This document shows positions 1-11,800 of a DNA stretch of 64,000 nucleotides, in pieces. This DNA is from Oculina patagonica. Lineage: Eukaryota. The translations under genes were made by a program, and so were the position numbers. How positions within the stretch are numbered: the first letter of the stretch is position 1; the number at the start of each line of letters is the position of its first letter. The notes beneath the pieces were generated by a model that was not told the origin of the DNA, made no database searches, and saw only the letters and a list, made by a program, of their open reading frames with translations. The DNA is taken from contig NC_135769.1 of NCBI RefSeq assembly GCF_052425735.1, positions 32,984,001-33,048,000 of the forward strand, in the 5' to 3' direction.

Positions 1-3000
1 GCGAGGTTACTTTATGGCCTGTGGTCCGCTCGTCCATGTAGATTTCAAAGTCATTTCCTCCCTGAAGTAAGTAGAAAGAGAGAACAGTTTTATTACAAAA
101 CGCGCGCACTTGACTTTCTCGCACACTAATTGTGATTAAATATCAAATTATGAAATGAATTTGTAGGACGAAAGTTATGCATATAAATTCTGGACTCAAA
201 GGGATGCAGGCGATATTAGTAATTAAGGTTTTTAAAAGCTTATGGCGATGTGTTCTGTATCATTGCCATCCAGTGACATTTTTAATAACGTTTGACATCT
301 TCAACTGATGACTTCAAATAGCTTACATTCAATTTGGTCAATTAACTACCTTAATCCCATCCAGATTTGCATGGTAGTTTGACTGAAAATAGCATAAACC
401 AGGTCAAAAGTAAGCCTGTTGCATTCCCACATTGAACAAAGTGTAATAACGAATGTAAAAGAAAAAACTCTGAGTTCCCAACAGGAGTCAAATTCATGAC
501 TTTTGGTACACTAGTCTGATGCTGGGCACACTGAGCTACAGGGAGACTCATCATTACTAGGTTCATAAGAAAACGAAATAAGATGGACAGTTGGGGCTGG
601 TCCCGAAAGGTGTCCGTCTTAGAGAGAGAGAGTTGACTGTAAATGATAGTTTTATTTATTACGTATCAATGACTCAGTGACTTTATTAGATAAGAGGTTA
701 GAGGTACCTGATAGCATTTATCACCAAAGAAATGGATTTCCTTGTACCCATCGTTTTCAACATGTCTCAGGCAATACGTTTTGTCCCAGCCTTTTGGGAA
801 GACGTCAAAACTTATTTGACCACCTATGCTTAGCTGTAGTCCATAATCAGCAAATTTTTCTCTCAAAATTGACACAAACTTGTCTCTAACTTTGTGAACC
901 TGTGGAAAAACACACCACAAGGCAATTAATATAAAAATAATTAATACTCTTCAAAATGAGCTACTCTCTTTTTGTGGGCTCAAGTCTTTCTCCCCCCCAA
1001 GAAATACATGTACAGATTTCACCTGAAAACCCCCTACTGACACATACTGGGCTTGAAAACTACTTGAATTCCAGCTTGACATTATTTCAGACAAGCAGTA
1101 CTTAAGCACTTAAATTTTGTTTTCCTTGGGCAGTTGTACATTTGTATGCTTGTCTTAGCTTTCTCTTTTTACAATTTAGCTGGCAAGTAATTTGCCTGGG
1201 TCCTTGCCCATCAGACACCAATGCAGTGTCTCTGAATAGCTGCTGCTTGTGTTTTAATTTTTGCACAGAAGTAACAACCACCCAGTGACACTGCATGGAT
1301 CTCTGCAGAGTACACTTTACAGATGTATATCTCCTTTTTAAGTGATGACTTGTAAGTGATAATGTCATCGCTTTATGTCATCGAACGACCGGTTCTTTTT
1401 GTCTGTTTAGCACCGACGAACAAAAATCCCGGGGGGTTACTCCCCAAAATTTTTTACGGGGAGCGGAGTTTCGTAGCTATGCTTGATCATGCTTAATCAG
1501 GATTCTGGGGGAAAATCGACCCTGTTCCAGATAGAAAGGCTGAATTCTATACCCCGTTCCAGAGTCAGGGAGGCAAAAAAGCATACACTGTTGAGCGGCA
1601 CATACCTCTATAGCCCATAGATGGAAGTACCCCCCCCCCGGACAGAAATCATTTTAACTAAACAAGAAATCGCCGCGTAGAACACAAAAGAACAATATTC
1701 CCGTGCAGGTAGAAACGAACACTACAGTGTATAACCGAAAGGGACTAATTATATTTGATTAGTTCAAGTAGATTTAGAAGACAAGAAATGTCTAAATTCT
1801 TTTGACAAACAGGACCACAAAGGGCCGCCGAGACCAAGATACCGTTTGACCTTTAATAAGCTTGCTCGCGTGTATCGTATGTTGTTTATCGGATGTAACA
1901 CGACAATATAACGTAACCTTTCTCCAGGCAACAAAGGGAAATGTAAAAATAAAAGTAAAATAAAATAAAATATTACTGTTGTTCAATTGTGCAATTAATC
2001 TACGTCCGTTCTCTGTTGTTTGTTCCAAAACATTTATCGTGTGTAAATATTTAAAGCGCGATCGACAGGAATTAATGTCACGTGGGTTACGTTTATTAGT
2101 GAAAATATACTATACTATTAGTGACAGGTCAAACACGACTCCCGTCGGTCGCTAAAAGTTAGCCTTCAGTCTGTTAACGGAGGATTTCACTCGCTCTCTG
2201 GAGCCGCTACAGCATTGATATTTATGCCATTGTGTCTGCTAGCACTCTGGCATATTTCGTTAGATTTATCAGCTCTTGTTTGTTGAAAGATTCTTAATTG
2301 CCTTCAAAAGAATGTTGTAGTCTATAATGTTTATCAGATCAGTGGGTCTCTAACCGTCATCTTGTTTGAAGTGGCGGTTAGCTTGCAGGATAACGTTTCG
2401 TTATTCCACGGTTGCGAGGGTCTAAGATCCAAGTATTTTTATGGCTACTACAGTCTCTAGGCATTGAGAGCGATGGTTTCTTTGAGTTAATGTTTAGCTC
2501 CCCTTAGTTTGAGTGGTTGTGATTTGAGTTCTTGTATGGGGTTAACTTTACCTCCATTATTTTTTAACTGTCTTGTTGCGTTACTTGCATCCAACAAATA
2601 AATTCTATGGCAGTTTGATTACTGCATTTGAAGTTTCTAGGATGCTGCAACTATGTCTCCTGGCAAATGTTTTATCTTAAGCAAGACTCGAGTTTCGGTC
2701 CTTCAGTGGACCTCATCGGTTGCTCCTATGTTTTAACAAGTCATCGGTTGCTCCTATGTTTTAACAAGTCATCGGTTGCTCCTATGTTTTAACAAGTCAT
2801 TGGTTGCTCCTATGTTTTAACAAGTCATCGGTTGCTCCTATGTTTTAACAATTCATCGGTTGCTCCTATGTTTTAACAAGTCATCGGTTGCTCCTATGTT
2901 TTAACAAGTCATTGGTTGCTCCTATGTTTTAACAAGTCATTGGTTGCTCCTATGTTTTAACAAGTCATTGGTTGCTCCTATGTTTTAACAAGTCATTGGT

Positions 3001-6000
3001 TGCTCCTATGTTTTAAAAAGTCATTGGTTGCTCCTATGTTTTAAAAAGTCATTGGTTGCTCCTATGTTTAAACAAGTCATTGGTTGCTCCTATGTTTTAA
3101 CAAGTCATTGGTTGCTCCTATGTTTTAACAAGTCATTGGTTGCTCCTATGTTTAAAAAGTCTCATCGAATGATTTGGAATCATTCTATTTGCCGTTTTTG
3201 TACTTGACTGCAGGCTCGAAAATTCTGCTTTCTAAATCCCATTTTCAAACGTCATCGCTTCTGCACTCATTGCGTGCTGTTTATTTCTTTTCTTGCTTTA
3301 AAAACTGTATGTGTATGATATGTTTTTTGGGTCATCAAGTACGAAAGTGGTGCAAAGAGAGACATTTGTCCGCTTAGGCCAAGAAATATTGAACTCTTTC
3401 AGCCCCAAGCGGAAATTATAATGGTTTTCTTTTGTTTTGAGAATTTGGTAGAACATGTACATCAAGACAAGATGGTTAAAAGGTCTTGTGGTCTTAATTG
3501 TATGGCTAGATGCAAAGAATGGCTGGGGGCAAGAGACTCAATCACAGTAGCCAAAATGGTGTTCCCTAATAGTGCAAAAACGTTTCCACAACAACAGAAT
3601 ACAAATTTTAGGAACACCAATATGGCTGCAGTTTTGTAATGTCAAAATGTGTTGTACCAGAAAATATCCATTCCCCTCCCACGGAAAGGTTTTTGGTTTG
3701 AATCCCTCCCACCCCTCTGAAAATAGTTTAGCTCCATACTTTCCTTTAAATATTTTGGCTTTTGAGACCCCCCACCCCCTCAGAATTTCCAATGATCTTC
3801 CGTGGGGTGGGTATGGATTTTTTTCTGGAACTGCACAATAACTGATAGTTCCCTTTACACACTTTGTCATACTCAAAGAATGCAATCCTCTCCTCTTGTG
3901 TGCAGTTTCGTCCAATAGGTGAAACATTTAACATGCCATTTCTGAACTCAATAAAGGTTCCTCTGAAGGATAATAAAACAGACTGAAATTAGACTGTTGG
4001 TTAGCCACAAGTTAATGAAATGCAAACACACAAAAAAGCATAGAATGTAATGGAACCAAAAAACACCTTTGGTGTTTTTCATAATAAATAATTATAATGG
4101 GTGGTCAGCTCTTTAAGATATAACATGTGCTGTGATTGTCTTACTGTCAGGGCCATATTTTCCTGTAATGTCCAGTGTGGCATAGAATCACATAGTAAAC
4201 TTCTTACATTCGATAACTCCCACAAGCTTGGGTGCATATCACCATTGATCTTTTTTGTACAGACAGGGCAACACGAGGTCCATACCAGAAAGACCCCAAG
4301 CAATATTCAAAATTGTGTCTCAAATAAACTGCACAAGTACATGTCCCATATGTGTATAATTTATTAAGTATACCTCTTCACAGGAATGTCCAAGTCGGCA
4401 ATATATTTCAAGCAAAAGTTGATGAAAGTCTTGAGCTTTTCTTCACCAACAAAGGATTTGATGCTCTTTGAACAAATAACAAAACATATTAACTCAATAT
4501 TACTGCATAATTATTTAAATGTATATTTATACAAAATTGGTTGGAGAAATCAGAAGGGGGAAGGAAGTAAACTTGCACTTGTTCAACTGAGTGATGCAAA
4601 TCTGTGGGAAATGACTTGTGGTTTGAGTTGTTGAGAGGTATGAGAAATTAGGGTCCACTGTACATTCTAGACATCTGGCATAGACCCAAGTACAGGTAAC
4701 ACACTCTACCTCCCCCTCCCCCACCCTCCCTCAAAAGACAAACACACTTCTCCATAAGTATAGTAAGATTAATTTTAACCTGAGTAATGATCCCAGACAC
4801 ATATACTGTGTACAGTTACAGTTATCAGGATAGCATTTTTTCTGAACTTGCTCGCCTTCATACATTGTATAAAGAGGCTATGAAGTTAGATCGTGGACAA
4901 AATGTTCGACTTGTCGTTTCGTTATTGCGTTTCGTCATTTCGGCACGCCGATACTTCTATTCGAGTCGTCGTTTTCTGAGTTCGACTCGTCGAAATGCAA
5001 GTTCGTTTCGGCGTTTTACGGGGTCGACTCGTCGTCTCCTGAGTTCGACTTGTCGTCTTGTCTGTTCGACTCGTCGGCTGACCTATTCGACTCGTCGTTT
5101 TTGCATAGTTGGTCGTTATACCGTTTCGTCGTTTCGTTATGTCGTTTCGTCTCGTCGACTTTGGCAGGATATAATTCGTTACAAAATATATGAAGTATTA
5201 CTTGATTCTATGCGCCAATACATGAAGTCGGAACGCGGGAACGGCGGAACGAGAATCGGCGTATCGATTTTTTTAAATAACTAAGTTAATTTATTGTTAT
5301 GAACAAAATTAAATTAATAAATTTTCACTTTGCAGACCTGCAGACAGCAGTACCTGGAACCAATTTTTTTTTCTTCGCAATATCGGTATATCTGGTATAT
5401 GGCTTATTTGATCTCTAGACTTACGTAAAACGGGGTAAAACTAGGCAAAGAAACAAAGAAGCAAACCAACAGCCCAACAGGGCTTAACTTCGGCCATCGG
5501 ACAAGAAACGTCTCTTTCCATGTGGTATCAGTAAGAGCGCGTAAATGACGTAAATCAGTGCATAAAAGTTAAGACCAGTTTTGGCAGGAAAGTACCAAGT
5601 TTTCAAAAAGATCCATTTAAACCAGGTATTTCTTTTTCTCTATCTGCATGACTTTTATAACCCTTTGTCTCGTCTGACACTGACAGCACAAGGATAGGAC
5701 TGGTTTTCGTCTGATCGCTAAAGTTAAGCCCTGTTGGGTGACCAACTGAAAATACCCCTTGTTGTGGGCTTTTCGTTTTCTTTCTATCTTTCTTTTTCTT
5801 ACAAAATCAGTAACTTCTCAGGCCCTTCTACTTTTTCCAACGGCTTCGTTGACTTGCTTCGGTTTTGTATGTTTCATTGTCTCGATTGAGGCGTGAAAGT
5901 TTGAAGGGCACTATAAAGTCGCGCTTCTTGAAATTCTCACTCGAAATAAACTTGAATTCCTGGCTCTAGATCGACCTCAAAGGATTAAAAAGATGTGGGT

Positions 6001-7570
6001 GCCCATTATTTTGTGGGATACTATTTACTGTTGGTTTGCTTCTTTGTTTCTTTGCCTAGTTTTACCCCGTTTTACGTAAGTCTAGAGATCAAATAAGCCA
6101 TATACCAGATATACCGATATTGCGAAGAAAAAAAAATTGGTTCCAGGTACTGCTGTCTGCAGGTCTGCAAAGTGAAAATTTATTAATTTAATTTTGTTCA
6201 TAACAATAAATTAATTTAGTTATTTAAAAAAATCGTTACGCCGATTATCGTTCCGCCGTTCCGCATTCCGACTGCATGTATTGGCGCATAGAATCAAGTA
6301 ATACTTCATATATTTTGTAACGAAATTATATCCTGCCAAAGTCGACGAGTCGAAACAACGAAACGACATAACGAAACAACGAAACGGCATAACGACCAAC
6401 TATGCAAAAACGACGAGTCGAATAGGTCAGCCGACGAGTTGAACAGACAAGATGATGAGTCGAACTCAGGAGACGACGAGCCGACCCCGAAAAACGCCGA
6501 AACGAACGTGCATTTCGACGAGTCGAACCCAGAAAACGACGACTCGAATAGAAGTATCAGCGTGCCGAAATGACGAAACGCAATAACGAAACGACGAGTC
6601 AAACATTTTGTCCACAATCTAACTTCATTAGAGGCCCATAAGCCGATATTTTCTTCCCATTTAAATTGATATACTTTTCCAAGCCAAAAAAGGAATAAAC
6701 TGTATGCATATGAAGGAGACTACCGTATATGCTTCTAATACCTTATTCTAAACCAAAAATTACATTATTGATGTCTGACAACCATTCACTTCTTCCACAT
6801 ACTTCTACTGTCCAGTATCATACAGCTCAGGGAGTACCTCCCCTCACCCCCCCCCCCCCCCCCGACATCCCCTTCCTTAGGATTAGACAAGTAAAGGCAG
6901 TTAGGGGTGAGTATAGTGGCCACAATCGTTTCATATATCAATTAAAAAAATAGCTTTGGACAAACAAACCTGTGTAGCTATTAGCTCCCCATTCTTGTAA
7001 GCTACAAGGCCATTCTCAGGAAAAACATAATCATATAGGCTAGTCACTGAGAAATGACAAGAAAAACGTGTTAGACGATTAGAAGACCTTTGACTATAAA
7101 TCAGAGTTTTCACTGTTAAAACAAGCCATAAAACTTGTATATTAACAGCTTCTTTTAATAGTAAACTAACATAACACAAATTCATCTGACTTCACAAGAA
7201 TTTTCATCACAATTCGGTAAGCTGTCTTATTACCGCAAATTTCTCAAAACACAAACCTACCATCTTCGCCTCCCATCTGTTCTTGAAGTTTTGGAAAATC
7301 TGAACCTCCAACTAAACCGACTGCAACCTTCTTTCGAAGTTCCTTCATGAAATTTTTCATTTCTGGAGTGACAACCTACGATGGAGGTCGAGTTGCATCA
7401 TTTATCGAATGAGCTTTAGATAATATTTAAAGACGTAACCACGCAAATTAACCTCCCATTCTCACAAATAGTACAGGCCTTCGAGCTACGCTTACCAATC
7501 TGGCGGGAGTAACAGTGCCATCAACATCAAATAAGCACAAAATATCCTTGCAGTTATTTACGGCTGCCAT
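1..7570 (-). CDS. PMM2: Phosphomannomutase (eukaryotic HAD-family PMM), 7 exons visible, last exon runs off the window start
   Basis: Exons 7496-7570 ([28 protein letters not shown] DxDGT motif), 7261-7375 (VGGSD), 6970-7046 (FPENG), 4374-4465, 3863-3962 ([18 protein letters not shown]), 708-899 ([26 protein letters not shown]), <1-61 (GGNDFEIY). All GT-AG with consistent phases. Confidence 0.95.
1428..1641. mobile_element. MITE with CCCGGGGG...CCCCCGGG termini in PMM intron
   Basis: Termini cccggggggttactccc / ggaagtaccccccccccggg; flanks acaaaaat (1420-1427) and acagaaat (1642-1649) are a near-perfect 8-bp TSD; same terminal type as 47628-47955. Confidence 0.6.
2680..2724 (-). ncRNA. Minimal type-I hammerhead ribozyme motif (Penelope-like/retrozyme type), core variant CCGAUGA
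   Basis: Minus strand reads AGCAA-CCGATGA-GGTCC-ACTGAA-GGACC-GAAAC-TCGA-GTC-TTGCT: stem I AGCAA/TTGCT, stem II GGTCC/GGACC, GAAA, minimal stem III with palindromic loop, GUC cleavage triplet. Confidence 0.7.
2713..3160. repeat. 28-bp tandem minisatellite, 16 copies
   Basis: Unit tcat(c/t)ggttgctcctatgttttaacaag repeated head-to-tail without spacers. Confidence 0.95.
4880..6628. mobile_element. Non-autonomous foldback DNA element with ~600-bp terminal inverted repeats in PMM intron 3
   Basis: 4880-5472 is the reverse complement of 6028-6628 (atgaagttagat...atctaacttcat); flanks aagaggct / tagaggcc resemble a degraded 8-bp TSD; inner inverted pair cccaacagggcttaactt (5473-5490) / aagttaagccctgttggg (5721-5738). 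Confidence 0.85.
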
Positions 7571-8863
7571 CTTTTCTTTATGTGATACTGTTCAAAGTTC
7601 GGGAAGAATTTGACCGAGAGCGCTTGGTGACACGTCACCTCACACACCTCCAAAATCAACCAATCAGCGTGTAGCATTCTTCTCACGAGGCTAAAATTTA
7701 CCACGGTGATTTCTTTTGCTTTGAGTTGGCGTTGGTTACGAAAATTTTCATTTGTAGTAGCCCTGATGAAGAAATTTTCAGTTATCTGTAATGTATGTAC
7801 GTATGAGTAGATCTACTACCAGGGGAGTGGGATGGGAGCGATGCCACTGAAGTGGTACGAGAATGTGCGTGACTTTATTTCTAAATCAGTCACGCAATCA
7901 ATATCGAAGGTCACGCGAGAAAGCCAAAATCTGAAACCAGACACGTTTGCCATTTCAGTGATTGACAACCGAGTTTGTAGACTGTACGAGATATCATTTA
8001 TGAGAACGAGGAAAAAAAAGGCAAGATTGCCATGCTTTCCCTAGTTATTGGTTTACCATTTGAACACACTAGGAATAACAATCAATGATAGTTAATAAAG
8101 GAAAAAAGTTGCGAGTTTGATTGCTATCGATTGCCGATAGAAATAGGTAGGCATAGATTGGTATTGATTTATACCATTTATATATATATTTTTTTTTGCC
8201 TTTTTAGAGATTATACTGTAAAATACTTTTTTGTATTAAAAGTTTTACAAGTATCCACAAAACACTAGGAGAAAACAACTGAGATTTATAGGATATGGAA
8301 AACTACTGAATAACAGCACCCTATACCAAAAGATGGTAGCAATCTGGAGGGCTGCATTTCCGTGTATTTATTGAGGTGATCAGGATTGCAAATCTGTGCA
8401 ATGTTGTCACAAAAGAAATATAGTCAATAGCGTGGTAGTGACTGGATAGGTTGCCGATCCTTTATAACCCCCCCCCCCCAAAAAAAAAAAAACAACAACA
8501 ACAACAACAAATAAACAACAAGTGGAACGTAATGGACACTCCGCCAGGTGGAAGCTATCATAAAATAATTACCGACACACAATAATATTTTTAAACAAGT
8601 TTTTATTGTTCTATAAACTTTTTTTTTTTTCGTGCACATTCTTATTATACAAGCTATTTAAAAAAACTCTCACAGAGAAATACGAAAAGTTAAAAATACA
8701 ATTCTTGAGAATTTTATGCTCTAAAAATTAACAGAAAATAATATAAAATTACAGCGCTTAATTATACTGCATACTTGTGATTGTCTGTGACTTCCAGCTC
8801 AAAAATTGTGACAAAAAATTGCAAAATTCACTTAATTAAAATTGAACATTCTTCTTATTGTTG

Positions 8864-11800
8864 TTACTTCACATTAGTCATTCTAAACACCCATGCCCAC
8901 TGACATGGCAGATCAGACACAGACAAGGGTGGAATCGTTATAATGATCCCTTTGTCAGCAGACATCTGCTTCCAAGGAAACTTAACATCTGGAAGGCCAA
9001 GGAGAGTGATAGTGGTCGCCTCTGTTGGGATTGGTACACCAAGACTTAGTGTGTCTGCTTTTGGCCAATCTAACACAATTGCATAGGTTAGCCCTGTTTT
9101 GTTATTGCTGGTATACCTGTAGAAAAAGAAATCAATGTAAAGGTAGCCTGTCTACATGTAAGTGCCTTTTCTGATCAGCCTGAACTGCTGCCTGTATGGC
9201 CCACTTTAAAATCGTTACTTTATGTGAGCAAGACATGCAGCACATGGGGACTACCCATATGGGAAAATGTATTAATTAAGTAAGCTATATACTGTCAATA
9301 AGGGCTCCCTTATATTCCATACAGGCAGTTCACTTAGTAACAGAGAAAACACAGAATTGAATAATCTTTATCCATGTCTATAACATGGAATCTTTCATAA
9401 TTATGGACACTTAGCGCTTGTCAAACCTAAATAAGTGAAGCCGATGACTTTCTTTATTCTCACCACTTATTAGCCTGCGAAAACAGCCGCCTCTCAACAC
9501 AACAAGTGGATCGGAGCATGAGAGGCGGCTGTTTTCGCAGGCTAACCACTTATCAGCTTGAAAACATATCAGTATTGTAGGAGAAAACAGATTTTGAACA
9601 CTGTTGGAAATAACAGTGTTTCTTACCATATGTGAGGGGTTGTGGTATCATTCTGAGCCCGCCAAGGCTTGGTTCCATAAATGCCTTCCCCATTAACCCT
9701 TAGCCAGTCTCCCATTTGCTCAAGCCGTTCCTGGAAAATGGGGTCAATCCTGCCATCAGCTGTTGGGCCTACATTCATAAGCATGTTTCCTCCACAACTA
9801 ATAAAAGAAAAAGAAAACTACTATTAGAGTTAGTGATCACAGCATCTCAATCACAATCTGAATGTAGGACAGACAGATGGCCATACCGGGCAGGATGACA
9901 GGCAGATGGGCAGACAGATGAAATAGAATGAATGAAAGAGAAATGGAAGGAACATGGAAGGGAGGGTAGTCAGGCAGGGGGGAGGCAGTAAGCAAGGAAA
10001 GTCACTCTTATCTCACCTTACAGTTGAAGCAAGAATAGACGTCAAATCATCCATAGTGAGGAAATCTGCCATAGTTGTGTTTCTGCGATAGCCCCAGGAC
10101 TTTTTATCAACTGTCATAGCATCTTCCCATTTGTGATTCTGCAGAACACCTGATAAAGAAAGACATCAAACAGTAGTGTCAATTTATATAATTACATTAC
10201 ATTTTTTTTACTGCCCTGTTACTGAGTGGTAAAAGTAGCATATTAAAGTATACTCTTTGTTTGTGCATTTGAAAAAACCTTATAATAGTTATTTAATTTA
10301 AGTCATATACATGTACCAGAAGATATAGATTACTTCATAGAAAGTGCGACGTACGAAATTTTATTCATGAGTTGCATAACTTTGGAAAACGAACGAGTGA
10401 GTAAAGCGAACGAGTAAGTTTTCAAACGTTTTGCAACGAGTGAATAAAATCCGTACAAAGCACTTTCTATGCTGTTATTTGTTTATTATATATAACGAGA
10501 ATTCAACCATTGGAAACATCACGCAATTTTTCTAGTTCATAACCGTTGAAACATTACAGTTTAATCACCCAGCAGCGCAAGGATCGAAAAAATAAGCTGC
10601 AAAATGAACGTCGCTTTCCAAGCGAATTCGTTATGAATCATAACAAAAATTACTGGAGACAAATTCTCCTAGACAAACACTTTATTTAATAAATAAAATA
10701 TGCAACATTTTAAAACTAGCAAAACTTTTCGCATCGCATCGCATCGAAGAAACGTCGCCACAAGTGAATGAACTACTGGCAGCGTATCAGCAGGCAAATT
10801 TTGAACAACTTGTGATAACACAAGAAGTCAGTTAATTAAACAATAATGACGACGTAAATCCACATTTAAAACTGCGATTTACTTTACCAAGGCGTTCCCA
10901 AGAGTGCTTGAATATTCCTAGAAAGTCTGCTGATGCTTTGTAAGTTCCGAAGAAAGTCTTGTCTTCGCTTTCTCTTATCGACACTTGTTTGTCTTCATTC
11001 CGCCTTTGAAGAATGATTTTTGTCATTACTGAATGCTAAAGGTTTTGCTGAGCATGTTTCTGTCGGCTTGCCATTCCACAAAGTCATTTAAATAAAGTGA
11101 GAGTTTTGCAAAGAAACACAAATTGTAGCAATGTTTTCAAAGCATAAATTGCCGTCGAGAGCAAACTTGCGCTCGCTGTTTGCTCAACCTCATTGGAACC
11201 CATTTGAGTTCTCGCACTCTGATTGGATGAGTCGTTCTGCACTAGATGCTGATTGGTAATTTTTTTCACATGTGAAGAAAGCTATATGCGAAGCTGATTG
11301 GACGTATCGCTTTTCTCACATGTGAAATATAGCAAATATAGAAATCTATTTGCAAGGTTTATTCCCCAAAATTCTCACTGTATATATAATAAATATCTTT
11401 ACCTGGGTTATATCTGTCAGCACAAGTATATACACCACCATGATGACACATGTCTCCAGCACCCCAGCGGTCATTCACAACTACAGTATCCTTGACTGGA
11501 CTGGAAGACAAATCATATAAGGCCCTTAGTATAGACCAGTGGCTAGTTGTACATTGTATGTCATTTCACACTGTCTTCGAGTTGTGAAAGTCAGTTTTCA
11601 CTAATTGAACTATTTGAGGCACACTTGTAAAACACTAGGCATGTTCTCCTACTAATGAACTCAAATGTTACATGCATTTCATTGATGAGTTTAAAAGAAG
11701 CCTGGACAATTTAGATAATAATTCACAGACCATTAGACTTTCTGCAGTGAGTTTTTCTTAAACAAAAGAGTTCAGCCAATGAGATAAGACTACTTACATT

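Noticed and set aside
2713-3160. CRISPR-like appearance of 28-bp repeats
   Set aside because: Units are contiguous with no unique spacers, no cas genes, eukaryotic intron context.
4787-6617. ORFs 4787-5284 and 6306-6617 rich in S/T/R/F
   Set aside because: They are readings of the two arms of the foldback element.
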